64,000 nucleotides of DNA from Eledone cirrhosa (lineage: Eukaryota). Shown here piece after piece: positions 29,501 through 44,395 of this stretch. The notes beneath the pieces were generated by a model. That model saw only the letters and a list, made by a program, of their open reading frames with translations, searched no databases and was not told the DNA's origin. The position numbers and the translations under genes are program-made. Position 1 is the first letter of the stretch; every line of letters starts with the position of its first letter. The stretch spans positions 5,580,001 to 5,644,000 of the forward strand of contig OZ024759.1 in NCBI GenBank assembly GCA_964016885.1. The letters run 5' to 3'.

Positions 29501-32500
29501 GAATTCATTTAAGTCATGGTATTAGCTGTCAGAAGTAACTCCATTGTTGGTGAGAATTCATTTAAGTCATGGTACTAGCTGTCAGAAATAACTCCACTGT
29601 TGGTGAGAATTCATTTAAGTTCATGGTATTAGTTTGTCAGAAGTAACTCCACTGTTGGTGAGAATTCATTTAAGTCATGGTATTAGTTGTCAGAAGTAAC
29701 TCCAATGTTGGTGAGAATTCATTTAAGTTCATGGTACTAGCTGTCAGAAGTAACTCCATTGTTGGTGAGAATTCATTTAAGTTCATGGTACTAGCTGTCA
29801 GAAGTAACTCCACTGTTGGTGAGAATTCATTTAAGTTCATGGTATTAGTTTGTCAGAAGTAACTCCACTGTTGGTGAGAATTCATTTAAGTTCATGGTAT
29901 TAGCTGTCAGAAGTCACTCCACTGTTGGTGAGAATTCATTTAAGTTCATGGTACTAGCTGTCAGAAGTAACCCCAATATTGGTGAGAATTCATTTAAGTT
30001 CATGGTATTAGCTGTCAGAAGTCACTCCAATGTTGGTGAGAATTCATTTAAGTTCATGGTATTAGCTGTCAGAAGTAACTCCACTGTTGGTGAGAATTCA
30101 TTTAAGTTCATGGTATTAGCTGTCAGAAGTAACTCCACTGTTGGTGAGAATTCATTTAAGTTCATGGTATTAGCTGTCAGAAGTAACTCCACTGTTGGTG
30201 AGAATTCATTTAAGTTCATGGTACTAGCTGTCAGAAGTAACTCCAATGTTGGTGAGAATTCATTTAAGTTCATGGTATTAGCTGTCAGAAGGAACTCCAC
30301 TGTTGGTGAGAATTCATTTAAGTTCATGGTATTAGCTGTCAGAAGTAACTCCACTGTTGGTGAGAATTCATTTAAGTTCATGGTACTAGCTGTCAGAAGT
30401 AACTCCAATGTTGGTGAGAATTCATTTAAGTTCTTGGTATTAGCTGTCAGAAGTAACTCCACTGTTGGTGAGAATTCATTTAAGTCATGGTATTAGTTTG
30501 TCAGAAGTAACTCCACTGTTGGTGAGAATTCATGTAAGTCATGGTATTAGTTGTCAGAAGTAACTCCAATGTTGGTGAGAATTCATTTAAGTTCATGGTA
30601 CTAGCTGTCAGAAGTAACTCCATTGTTGGTGAGAATTCATTTAAGTTCATGGTATTAGCTGTCAGAAGTAACTCCACTGTTGGTGAGAATTCATTTAAGT
30701 TCATGGTACTAGCTGTCAGAAGTAACTCCACTGTTGGTGAGAATTCATTTAAGTGTCATGGTATTAGCTGTCAGAAGTAACTCCAATGTTGGTGAGAATT
30801 CATTTAAGTTCATGGTATTAGCTGTCAGAAGTAACTCCACTGTTGGTGAGAATTCATTTAAGTTCATGGTATTAGCTGTCAGAAGTAACTCCACTGTTGG
30901 TGAGAATTCATTTAAGTTCATGGTACTAGCTGTCAGAAGTAACTCCACTGCTGGTGAGAATTCATTTAAGTTCATGGTATTAGTTTGTGAGAAGTAACTC
31001 CACTGTTGGTGAGAATTCATTTAAGTCATGGTATTAGCTGTCAGAAGTAACTCCAATGTTGGTGAGAATTCATTTAAGTTCATGGTATTAGCTTTCAGAA
31101 GTAACTCCACTGTTGGTGAGAATTCATTTAAGTTCATGGTATTAGCTGTCAGAAGTAACTCCACTGTTGGTGAGAATTCATTTAAGTTCATGGTACTAGC
31201 TGTCAGAAGTAACTCCACTGTTGGTGAGAATTCATTTAAGTTCATGGTATTAGTTTGTCAGAAGTAACTCCACTGTTGGTGAGAATTCATTTAAGTCATG
31301 GTACTAGCTGTCAGAAGTAACTCCACTGTTGGTGAGAATTCATTTAAGTTCATGGTATTAGCTGTCAGAAGGAACGCCACTGTTGGTGAGAATTCATTTA
31401 AGTTCATGGTATTAGCTGTCAGAAGTAACTCCACTGTTGGTGAGAATTCATTTAAGTTCATGGTACTAGCTGTCAGAAGTAACTCCAATGTTGGTGGGAA
31501 TTCATTTAAGTTCATGGTATTAGCTGTCAGAAGGAACTCCACTGTTGGTGAGAATTCATTTAAGTTCATGGTATTAGCTGTCAGAAGTAACTTCACTGTT
31601 GGTGAGAATTCATTTAAGTTCATGGTACTAGCTGTCAGAATTAACTCCACTGTTGGTGAGAATTCATTTAAGTTCATGGTATTAGCTGTCAGAAGTCACT
31701 CCAATGTTGGTGAGAATTCATTTAAGTTCATGGTATTAGCTGTCAGAAGTAACTCCACTGTTGGTGAGAATTCATTTAAGTTCATGGTATTAGCTGTCAG
31801 AAGTAACTCCACTGTTGGTGAGAATTCTTTTAAGTTCATGGTATTAGCTGTCAGAAGTAACTCCACTGTTGGTGAGAATTCATTTAAGTTCATGGTACTA
31901 GCTGTCAGAAGTAACTCCAATGTTGGTGAGAATTCATTTAAGTTCATGGTATTAGCTGTCAGAAGGAACTCCACTGTTGGTGAGAATTCATTTAAGTTCA
32001 TGGTATTAGCTGTCAGAAGTAACTCCACTGTTGGTGAGAATTCATTTAAGTTCATGGTACTAGCTGTCAGAAGTAACTCCAATGTTGGTGAGAATTCATT
32101 TAAGTTCATGGTATTAGCTGTCAGAAGTAACTCCACTGTTGGTGAGAATTCATTTAAGTCATGGTATTAGCTGTCAGAAGTAACTCCAATGTTGGTGAGA
32201 ATTCATTTAAGTTCATGGTATTAGCTGTCAGAAGTAACTCCACTGTTGGTGAGAATTCATTTAAGTTCATGGTATTAGCTGTCAGAAGTAACTCCACTGT
32301 TGGTGAGAATTCATTTAAGTTCATGGTACTAGCTGTCAGAAGTAACTCCAATGTTGGTGAGAATTCATTTAAGTTCATGGTATTAGCTGTCAGAATTAAC
32401 TCCACTGTTGGTGAGAATTCATTTAAGTTCATGGTATTAGCTGTCAGAAGGAACTCCAATGTTGGTGAGAATTCATTTAAGTCATGGTACTAGCTGTCAG

Positions 32501-35500
32501 AAGAAACTCCACTGTTGGTGAGAATTCATTTAAGTTCATGGTATTAGCTGTCAGAAGGAACGCCACTGTTGGTGAGAATTCATTTAAGTTCATGGTATTA
32601 GCTGTCAGAAGTAACTCCACTGTTGGTGAGAATTCATTTAAGTTCATGGTACTAGCTGTCAGAAGTAACTCCAATGTTGGTGAGAATTCATTTAAGTCAT
32701 GGTACTAGCTGTCAGAAGTAACTCCACTGTTGGTGAGAATTCATTTAAGTTCATGGTATTAGTTTGTCAGAAGTAACTCCACTGTTGGTGAGAATTCATT
32801 TAAGTCATGGTATTAGTTGTCAGAAGTAACTCCAATGTTGGTGAGAATTCATTTAAGTTCATGGTATTAGCTGTCAGAAGTAACTCCACTGTTGGTGAGA
32901 ATTCATTTAAGTTCATGGTACTAGCTGTCAGAAGTAACTCCACTGTTGGTGAGAATTCATTTAAGTTCATGGTATTAGTTTGTCAGAAGTAACTCCACTG
33001 TTGGTGAGAATTCATTTAAGTCATGGTACTAGCTGTCAGATGTAACTCCAATGTTGGTGAGAATTCATTTAAGTTCATGGTATTAGCTGTCAGAAGTAAC
33101 TCCACTGTTGGTGAGAATTCATTTAAGTTCATGGTACTAGCTGTCAGAAGTAACTCCAATGTTGGTGAGAATTCATTTAAGTTCATGGTATTAGCTGTCA
33201 GAAGTAACTCCACTGTTGGTGAGAATTCATTTAAGTCATGGTATTAGCTGTCAGAAGTAACTCCAATGTTGGTGAGAATTCATTTAATTTCATGGTATTA
33301 GCTGTCAGAAGTAACTCCACTGTTGGTGAGAATTCATTTAAGTTCATGGTATTAGCTGTCAGAAGTAACTCCACTGTTGGTGAGAATTCATTTAAGTTCA
33401 TGGTACTAGCTGTCAGAAATAACTCCACTGTTGGTGAGAATTCATTTAAGTTCATGGTATTAGTTTGTCAGAAGTAACTCCACTGTTGGTGAGAATTCAT
33501 TTAAGTCATGGTATTAGTTGTCAGAAGTAACTCCAATGTTGGTGAGAATTCATTTAAGTTCATGGTACTAGCTGTCAGAAGTAACTCCATTGTTGGTGAG
33601 AATTCATTTAAGTTCATGGTACTAGCTGTCAGAAGTAACTCCACTGTTGGTGAGAATTCATTTAAGTTCATGGTATTAGTTTGTCAGAAGTAACTCCACT
33701 GTTGGTGAGAATTCATTTAAGTTCATGGTATTAGCTGTCAGAAGTCACTCCACTGTTGGTGAGAATTCATTTAAGTTCATGGTACTAGCTGTCAGAAGTA
33801 ACCCCAATATTGGTGAGAATTCATTTAAGTTCATGGTATTAGCTGTCAGAAGTCACTCCAATGTTGGTGAGAATTCATTTAAGTTCATGGTATTAGCTGT
33901 CAGAAGTAACTCCACTGTTGGTGAGAATTCATTTAAGTTCATGGTATTAGCTGTCAGAAGTAACTCCAATGTTGGTGAGAATTCATTTAAGTTCATGGTA
34001 TTAGCTGTCAGAAGTAACTCCACTGTTGGTGAGAATTCATTTAAGTTCATGGTACTAGCTGTCAGAAGTAACTCCAATGTTGGTGAGAATTCATTTAAGT
34101 TCATGGTATTAGCTGTCAGAAGGAACTCCACTGTTGGTGAGAATTCATTTAAGTTCATGGTATTAGCTGTCAGAAGTAACTCCACTGTTGGTGAGAATTC
34201 ATTTAAGTTCATGGTACTAGCTGTCAGAAGTAACTCCAATGTTGGTGAGAATTCATTTAAGTTCATGGTATTAGCTGTCAGAAGTAACTCCACTGTTGGT
34301 GAGAATTCATTTAAGTCATGGTATTAGTTTGTCAGAAGTAACTCCACTGTTGGTGAGAATTCATTTAAGTCATGGTATTAGTTGTCAGAAGTAACTCCAA
34401 TGTTGGTGAGAATTCATTTAAGTTCATGGTACTAGCTGTCAGAAGTAACTCCATTGTTGGTGAGAATTCATTTAAGTTCATGGTATTAGCTGTCAGAAGT
34501 AACTCCACTGTTGGTGAGAATTCATTTAAGTTCATGGTACTAGCTGTCAGAAGTAACTCCACTGTTGGTGAGAATTCATTTAAGTGTCATGGTATTAGCT
34601 GTCAGAAGTAACTCCAATGTTGGTGAGAATTCATTTAAGTTCATGGTATTAGCTGTCAGAAGTAACTCCACTGTTGGTGAGAATTCATTTAAGTTCATGG
34701 TATTAGCTGTCAGAAGTAACTCCACTGTTGGTGAGAATTCATTTAAGTTCATGGTATTAGTTTGTCAGAAGTAACTCCACTGTTGGTGAGAATTCATTTA
34801 AGTCATGGTACTAGCTGTCAGAAGTAACTCCACTGTTGGTGAGAATTCATTTAAGTTCATGGTATTAGCTGTCAGAAGGAACGCCACTGTTGGTGAGAAT
34901 TCATTTAAGTTCATGGTATTAGCTGTCAGAAGTAACTCCACTGTTGGTGAGAATTCATTTAAGTTCATGGTACTAGCTGTCAGAAGTAACTCCAATGTTG
35001 GTGGGAATTCATTTAAGTTCATGGTATTAGCTGTCAGAAGGAACTCCACTGTTGGTGAGAATTCATTTAAGTTCATGGTATTAGCTGTCAGAAGTAACTT
35101 CACTGTTGGTGAGAATTCATTTAAGTTCATGGTACTAGCTGTCAGAATTAACTCCACTGTTGGTGAGAATTCATTTAAGTTCATGGTATTAGCTGTCAGA
35201 AGTCACTCCAATGTTGGTGAGAATTCATTTAAGTTCATGGTATTAGCTGTCAGAAGTAACTCCACTGTTGGTGAGAATTCATTTAAGTTCATGGTATTAG
35301 CTGTCAGAAGTAACTCCACTGTTGGTGAGAATTCTTTTAAGTTCATGGTATTAGCTGTCAGAAGTAACTCCACTGTTGGTGAGAATTCATTTAAGTTCAT
35401 GGTACTAGCTGTCAGAAGTAACTCCAATGTTGGTGAGAATTCATTTAAGTTCATGGTATTAGCTGTCAGAAGGAACTCCACTGTTGGTGAGAATTCATTT

Positions 35501-35721
35501 AAGTTCATGGTATTAGCTGTCAGAAGTAACTCCACTGTTGGTGAGAATTCATTTAAGTTCATGGTACTAGCTGTCAGAAGTAACTCCAATGTTGGTGAGA
35601 ATTCATTTAAGTTCATGGTATTAGCTGTCAGAAGTAACTCCACTGTTGGTGAGAATTCATTTAAGTCATGGTATTAGCTGTCAGAAGTAACTCCAATGTT
35701 GGTGAGAATTCATTTAAGTTC

Positions 35722-38700
35722 ATGGTATTAGCTGTCAGAAGTAACTTCACTGTTGGTGAGAATTCATTTAAGTTCATGGTACTAGCTGTCAGAATTAACT
35801 CCACTGTTGGTGAGAATTCATTTAAGTTCATGGTATTAGCTGTCAGAAGTCACTCCAATGTTGGTGAGAATTCATTTAAGTTCATGGTATTAGCTGTCAG
35901 AAGTAACTCCACTGTTGGTGAGAATTCATTTAAGTTCATGGTATTAGCTGTCAGAAGTAACTCCACTGTTGGTGAGAATTCTTTTAAGTTCATGGTATTA
36001 GCTGTCAGAAGTAACTCCACTGTTGGTGAGAATTCATTTAAGTTCATGGTACTAGCTGTCAGAAGTAACTCCAATGTTGGTGAGAATTCATTTAAGTTCA
36101 TGGTATTAGCTGTCAGAAGGAACTCCACTGTTGGTGAGAATTCATTTAAGTTCATGGTATTAGCTGTCAGAAGTAACTCCACTGTTGGTGAGAATTCATT
36201 TAAGTTCATGGTACTAGCTGTCAGAAGTAACTCCAATGTTGGTGAGAATTCATTTAAGTTCATGGTATTAGCTGTCAGAAGTAACTCCACTGTTGGTGAG
36301 AATTCATTTAAGTCATGGTATTAGCTGTCAGAAGTAACTCCAATGTTGGTGAGAATTCATTTAAGTTCATGGTATTAGCTGTCAGAAGTAACTCCACTGT
36401 TGGTGAGAATTCATTTAAGTTCATGGTATTAGCTGTCAGAAGTAACTCCACTGTTGGTGAGAATTCATTTAAGTTCATGGTACTAGCTGTCAGAAGTAAC
36501 TCCAATGTTGGTGAGAATTCATTTAAGTTCATGGTATTAGCTGTCAGAATTAACTCCACTGTTGGTGAGAATTCATTTAAGTTCATGGTATTAGCTGTCA
36601 GAAGGAACTCCAATGTTGGTGAGAATTCATTTAAGTCATGGTACTAGCTGTCAGAAGAAACTCCACTGTTGGTGAGAATTCATTTAAGTTCATGGTATTA
36701 GCTGTCAGAAGGAACGCCACTGTTGGTGAGAATTCATTTAAGTTCATGGTATTAGCTGTCAGAAGTAACTCCACTGTTGGTGAGAATTCATTTAAGTTCA
36801 TGGTACTAGCTGTCAGAAGTAACTCCAATGTTGGTGAGAATTCATTTAAGTCATGGTACTAGCTGTCAGAAGTAACTCCACTGTTGGTGAGAATTCATTT
36901 AAGTTCATGGTATTAGTTTGTCAGAAGTAACTCCACTGTTGGTGAGAATTCATTTAAGTCATGGTATTAGTTGTCAGAAGTAACTCCAATGTTGGTGAGA
37001 ATTCATTTAAGTTCATGGTATTAGCTGTCAGAAGTAACTCCACTGTTGGTGAGAATTCATTTAAGTTCATGGTACTAGCTGTCAGAAGTAACTCCACTGT
37101 TGGTGAGAATTCATTTAAGTTCATGGTATTAGTTTGTCAGAAGTAACTCCACTGTTGGTGAGAATTCATTTAAGTCATGGTACTAGCTGTCAGATGTAAC
37201 TCCAATGTTGGTGAGAATTCATTTAAGTTCATGGTATTAGCTGTCAGAAGTAACTCCACTGTTGGTGAGAATTCATTTAAGTTCATGGTACTAGCTGTCA
37301 GAAGTAACTCCAATGTTGGTGAGAATTCATTTAAGTTCATGGTATTAGCTGTCAGAAGTAACTCCACTGTTGGTGAGAATTCATTTAAGTCATGGTATTA
37401 GCTGTCAGAAGTAACTCCAATGTTGGTGAGAATTCATTTAAGTTCATGGTATTAGCTGTCAGAAGTAACTCCACTGTTGGTGAGAATTCATTTAAGTTCA
37501 TGGTATTAGCTGTCAGAAGTAACCCCACTGTTGGTGAGAATTCATTTAAGTTCATGGTACTAGCTGTCAGAAGTAACTCCACTGTTGGTGAGAATTCATT
37601 TAAGTTTATGGTATTAGCTGTCAGAAGTAACTCCAATGTTGGTGAGAATTCATTTAAGTTCATGGTATTAGCTGTCAGAAGTAACTCCAATGTTGGTGAG
37701 AATTCATTTAAGTTCATGTTATTAGCTGTCAGAAGTAACTCCACTGTTGGTGAGAATTCATTTAAGTTCATGGTACTAGCTGTCAGAAGTAACTCCACTG
37801 TTGGTGAGAATTCATTTAAGTTCATGGTATTAGTTTGTCAGAAGTAACTCCACTGTTGGTGAGAATTCATTTAAGTCATGGTATTAGCTGTCAGAAGTAA
37901 CTCCAATGTTGGTGAGAATTCATTTAATTTCATGGTATTAGCTGTCAGAAGTAACTCCACTGTTGGTGAGAATTCATTTAAGTTCATGGTATTAGCTGTC
38001 AGAAGTAACTCCACTGTTGGTGAGAATTCATTTAAGTTCATGGTACTAGCTGTCAGAAGTAACTCTACTGTTGGTGAGAATTCATTTAAGTTCATGGTAT
38101 TAGTTTGTCAGAAGTAACTCCACTGTTGGTGAGAATTCATTTAAGTCATGGTATTAGTTGTCAGAAGTAACTCCAATGTTGGTGAGAATTCATTTAAGTT
38201 CATGGTATTAGCTGTCAGAAGTAACTCCAATGTTGGTGAGAATTCATTTAAGTTCATGGTATTAGCTGTCAGAAGTAACTCCACTGTTGGTGAGAATTCA
38301 TTTAAGTCATGGTATTAGCTGTCAGAAGTAACTCCATTGTTGGTGAGAATTCATTTAAGTCATGGTACTAGCTGTCAGAAATAACTCCACTGTTGGTGAG
38401 AATTCATTTAAGTTCATGGTATTAGTTTGTCAGAAGTAACTCCACTGTTGGTGAGAATTCATTTAAGTCATGGTATTAGTTGTCAGAAGTAACTCCAATG
38501 TTGGTGAGAATTCATTTAAGTTCATGGTACTAGCTGTCAGAAGTAACTCCATTGTTGGTGAGAATTCATTTAAGTTCATGGTACTAGCTGTCAGAAGTAA
38601 CTCCACTGTTGGTGAGAATTCATTTAAGTTCATGGTATTAGTTTGTCAGAAGTAACTCCACTGTTGGTGAGAATTCATTTAAGTTCATGGTATTAGCTGT

Positions 38701-41700
38701 CAGAAGTCACTCCACTGTTGGTGAGAATTCATTTAAGTTCATGGTACTAGCTGTCAGAAGTAACCCCAATATTGGTGAGAATTCATTTAAGTTCATGGTA
38801 TTAGCTGTCAGAAGTCACTCCAATGTTGGTGAGAATTCATTTAAGTTCATGGTATTAGCTGTCAGAAGTAACTCCACTGTTGGTGAGAATTCATTTAAGT
38901 TCATGGTATTAGCTGTCAGAAGTAACTCCACTGTTGGTGAGAATTCATTTAAGTTCATGGTATTAGCTGTCAGAAGTAACTCCACTGTTGGTGAGAATTC
39001 ATTTAAGTTCATGGTACTAGCTGTCAGAAGTAACTCCAATGTTGGTGAGAATTCATTTAAGTTCATGGTATTAGCTGTCAGAAGGAACTCCACTGTTGGT
39101 GAGAATTCATTTAAGTTCATGGTATTAGCTGTCAGAAGTAACTCCACTGTTGGTGAGAATTCATTTAAGTTCATGGTACTAGCTGTCAGAAGTAACTCCA
39201 ATGTTGGTGAGAATTCATTTAAGTTCATGGTATTAGCTGTCAGAAGTAACTCCACTGTTGGTGAGAATTCATTTAAGTCATGGTATTAGTTTGTCAGAAG
39301 TAACTCCACTGTTGGTGAGAATTCATTTAAGTCATGGTATTAGTTGTCAGAAGTAACTCCAATGTTGGTGAGAATTCATTTAAGTTCATGGTACTAGCTG
39401 TCAGAAGTAACTCCATTGTTGGTGAGAATTCATTTAAGTTCATGGTATTAGCTGTCAGAAGTAACTCCACTGTTGGTGAGAATTCATTTAAGTTCATGGT
39501 ACTAGCTGTCAGAAGTAACTCCACTGTTGGTGAGAATTCATTTAAGTGTCATGGTATTAGCTGTCAGAAGTAACTCCAATGTTGGTGAGAATTCATTTAA
39601 GTTCATGGTATTAGCTGTCAGAAGTAACTCCACTGTTGGTGAGAATTCATTTAAGTTCATGGTATTAGCTGTCAGAAGTAACTCCACTGTTGGTGAGAAT
39701 TCATTTAAGTTCATGGTACTAGCTGTCAGAAGTAACTCCACTGTTGGTGAGAATTCATTTAAGTTCATGGTATTAGTTTGTGAGAAGTAACTCCACTGTT
39801 GGTGAGAATTCATTTAAGTCATGGTATTAGCTGTCAGAAGTAACTCCAATGTTGGTGAGAATTCATTTAAGTTCATGGTATTAGCTTTCAGAAGTAACTC
39901 CACTGTTGGTGAGAATTCATTTAAGTTCATGGTATTAGCTGTCAGAAGTAACTCCACTGTTGGTGAGAATTCATTTAAGTTCATGGTACTAGCTGTCAGA
40001 AGTAACTCCACTGTTGGTGAGAATTCATTTAAGTTCATGGTATTAGTTTGTCAGAAGTAACTCCACTGTTGGTGAGAATTCATTTAAGTCATGGTACTAG
40101 CTGTCAGAAGTAACTCCACTGTTGGTGAGAATTCATTTAAGTTCATGGTATTAGCTGTCAGAAGGAACGCCACTGTTGGTGAGAATTCATTTAAGTTCAT
40201 GGTATTAGCTGTCAGAAGTAACTCCACTGTTGGTGAGAATTCATTTAAGTTCATGGTACTAGCTGTCAGAAGTAACTCCAATGTTGGTGGGAATTCATTT
40301 AAGTTCATGGTATTAGCTGTCAGAAGGAACTCCACTGTTGGTGAGAATTCATTTAAGTTCATGGTATTAGCTGTCAGAAGTAACTTCACTGTTGGTGAGA
40401 ATTCATTTAAGTTCATGGTACTAGCTGTCAGAATTAACTCCACTGTTGGTGAGAATTCATTTAAGTTCATGGTATTAGCTGTCAGAAGTCACTCCAATGT
40501 TGGTGAGAATTCATTTAAGTTCATGGTATTAGCTGTCAGAAGTAACTCCACTGTTGGTGAGAATTCATTTAAGTTCATGGTATTAGCTGTCAGAAGTAAC
40601 TCCACTGTTGGTGAGAATTCTTTTAAGTTCATGGTATTAGCTGTCAGAAGTAACTCCACTGTTGGTGAGAATTCATTTAAGTTCATGGTACTAGCTGTCA
40701 GAAGTAACTCCAATGTTGGTGAGAATTCATTTAAGTTCATGGTATTAGCTGTCAGAAGGAACTCCACTGTTGGTGAGAATTCATTTAAGTTCATGGTATT
40801 AGCTGTCAGAAGTAACTCCACTGTTGGTGAGAATTCATTTAAGTTCATGGTACTAGCTGTCAGAAGTAACTCCAATGTTGGTGAGAATTCATTTAAGTTC
40901 ATGGTATTAGCTGTCAGAAGTAACTCCACTGTTGGTGAGAATTCATTTAAGTCATGGTATTAGCTGTCAGAAGTAACTCCAATGTTGGTGAGAATTCATT
41001 TAAGTTCATGGTATTAGCTGTCAGAAGTAACTCCACTGTTGGTGAGAATTCATTTAAGTTCATGGTATTAGCTGTCAGAAGTAACTCCACTGTTGGTGAG
41101 AATTCATTTAAGTTCATGGTACTAGCTGTCAGAAGTAACTCCAATGTTGGTGAGAATTCATTTAAGTTCATGGTATTAGCTGTCAGAATTAACTCCACTG
41201 TTGGTGAGAATTCATTTAAGTTCATGGTATTAGCTGTCAGAAGGAACTCCAATGTTGGTGAGAATTCATTTAAGTCATGGTACTAGCTGTCAGAAGAAAC
41301 TCCACTGTTGGTGAGAATTCATTTAAGTTCATGGTATTAGCTGTCAGAAGGAAGGCCACTGTTGGTGAGAATTCATTTAAGTTCATGGTATTAGCTGTCA
41401 GAAGTAACTCCACTGTTGGTGAGAATTCATTTAAGTTCATGGTACTAGCTGTCAGAAGTAACTCCAATGTTGGTGAGAATTCATTTAAGTCATGGTACTA
41501 GCTGTCAGAAGTAACTCCACTGTTGGTGAGAATTCATTTAAGTTCATGGTATTAGTTTGTCAGAAGTAACTCCACTGTTGGTGAGAATTCATTTAAGTCA
41601 TGGTATTAGTTGTCAGAAGTAACTCCAATGTTGGTGAGAATTCATTTAAGTTCATGGTATTAGCTGTCAGAAGTAACTCCACTGTTGGTGAGAATTCATT

Positions 41701-44395
41701 TAAGTTCATGGTACTAGCTGTCAGAAGTAACTCCACTGTTGGTGAGAATTCATTTAAGTTCATGGTATTAGTTTGTCAGAAGTAACTCCACTGTTGGTGA
41801 GAATTCATTTAAGTCATGGTACTAGCTGTCAGATGTAACTCCAATGTTGGTGAGAATTCATTTAAGTTCATGGTATTAGCTGTCAGAAGTAACTCCACTG
41901 TTGGTGAGAATTCATTTAAGTTCATGGTACTAGCTGTCAGAAGTAACTCCAATGTTGGTGAGAATTCATTTAAGTTCATGGTATTAGCTGTCAGAAGTAA
42001 CTCCACTGTTGGTGAGAATTCATTTAAGTCATGGTATTAGCTGTCAGAAGTAACTCCAATGTTGGTGAGAATTCATTTAAGTTCATGGTATTAGCTGTCA
42101 GAAGTAACTCCACTGTTGGTGAGAATTCATTTAAGTTCATGGTATTAGCTGTCAGAAGTAACCCCACTGTTGGTGAGAATTCATTTAAGTTCATGGTACT
42201 AGCTGTCAGAAGTAACTCCACTGTTGGTGAGAATTCATTTAAGTTTATGGTATTAGCTGTCAGAAGTAACTCCAATGTTGGTGAGAATTCATTTAAGTTC
42301 ATGGTATTAGCTGTCAGAAGTAACTCCAATGTTGGTGAGAATTCATTTAAGTTCATGTTATTAGCTGTCAGAAGTAACTCCACTGTTGGTGAGAATTCAT
42401 TTAAGTTCATGGTACTAGCTGTCAGAAGTAACTCCACTGTTGGTGAGAATTCATTTAAGTTCATGGTATTAGTTTGTCAGAAGTAACTCCACTGTTGGTG
42501 AGAATTCATTTAAGTCATGGTATTAGCTGTCAGAAGTAACTCCAATGTTGGTGAGAATTCATTTAATTTCATGGTATTAGCTGTCAGAAGTAACTCCACT
42601 GTTGGTGAGAATTCATTTAAGTTCATGGTATTAGCTGTCAGAAGTAACTCCACTGTTGGTGAGAATTCATTTAAGTTCATGGTACTAGCTGTCAGAAGTA
42701 ACTCCACTGTTGGTGAGAATTCATTTAAGTTCATGGTATTAGTTTGTCAGAAGTAACTCCACTGTTGGTGAGAATTCATTTAAGTCATGGTATTAGTTGT
42801 CAGAAGTAACTCCAATGTTGGTGAGAATTCATTTAAGTTCATGGTATTAGCTGTCAGAAGTAACTCCAATGTTGGTGAGAATTCATTTAAGTTCATGGTA
42901 TTAGCTGTCAGAAGTAACTCCACTGTTGGTGAGAATTCATTTAAGTCATGGTATTAGCTGTCAGAAGTAACTCCATTGTTGGTGAGAATTCATTTAAGTC
43001 ATGGTACTAGCTGTCAGAAATAACTCCACTGTTGGTGAGAATTCATTTAAGTTCATGGTATTAGTTTGTCAGAAGTAACTCCACTGTTGGTGAGAATTCA
43101 TTTAAGTCATGGTATTAGTTGTCAGAAGTAACTCCAATGTTGGTGAGAATTCATTTAAGTTCATGGTACTAGCTGTCAGAAGTAACTCCATTGTTGGTGA
43201 GAATTCATTTAAGTTCATGGTACTAGCTGTCAGAAGTAACTCCACTGTTGGTGAAAATTCATTTAAGTTCATGGTATTAGTTTGTCAGAAGTAACTCCAC
43301 TGTTGGTGAGAATTCATTTAAGTTCATGGTATTAGCTGTCAGAAGTCACTCCACTGTTGGTGAGAATTCATTTAAGTTCATGGTACTAGCTGTCAGAAGT
43401 AACCCCAATATTGGTGAGAATTCATTTAAGTTCATGGTATTAGCTGTCAGAAGTCACTCCAATGTTGGTGAGAATTCATTTAAGTTCATGGTATTAGCTG
43501 TCAGAAGTAACTCCACTGTTGGTGAGAATTCATTTAAGTTCATGGTATTAGCTGTCAGAAGTAACTCCACTGTTGGTGAGAATTCATTTAAGTTCATGGT
43601 ATTAGCTGTCAGAAGTAACTCCACTGTTGGTGAGAATTCATTTAAGTTCATGGTACTAGCTGTCAGAAGTAACTCCAATGTTGGTGAGAATTCATTTAAG
43701 TTCATGGTATTAGATGTCAGAAGGAACTCCACTGTTGGTGAGAATTCATTTAAGTTCATGGTATTAGCTGTCAGAAGTAACTCCACTGTTGGTGAGAATT
43801 CATTTAAGTTCATGGTACTAGCTGTCAGAAGTAACTCCAATGTTGGTGAGAATTCATTTAAGTTCATGGTATTAGCTGTCAGAAGTAACTCCACTGTTGG
43901 TGAGAATTCATTTAAGTCATGGTATTAGTTTGTCAGAAGTAACTCCACTGTTGGTGAGAATTCATTTAAGTCATGGTATTAGTTGTCAGAAGTAACTCCA
44001 ATGTTGGTGAGAATTCATTTAAGTTCATGGTACTAGCTGTCAGAAGTAACTCCATTGTTGGTGAGAATTCATTTAAGTTCATGGTATTAGCTGTCAGAAG
44101 TAACTCCACTGTTGGTGAGAATTCATTTAAGTTCATGGTACTAGCTGTCAGAAGTAACTCCACTGTTGGTGAGAATTCATTTAAGTGTCATGGTATTAGC
44201 TGTCAGAAGTAACTCCAATGTTGGTGAGAATTCATTTAAGTTCATGGTATTAGCTGTCAGAAGTAACTCCACTGTTGGTGAGAATTCATTTAAGTTCATG
44301 GTATTAGCTGTCAGAAGTAACTCCACTGTTGGTGAGAATTCATTTAAGTTCATGGTACTAGCTGTCAGAAGTAACTCCACTGTTGGTGAGAATTC
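35722..44395. repeat. Tandem pair of the 4,639-bp HOR (one full unit plus ~4.0 kb of the next)
   Basis: Constant +4639 offset: AACTTCAC 35747/40386, and ORF-track starts 36315/40954, 36961/41600, 37177/41816, 38687/43326 and 39527/44166. Collinearity breaks near 44400. Confidence 0.85.
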
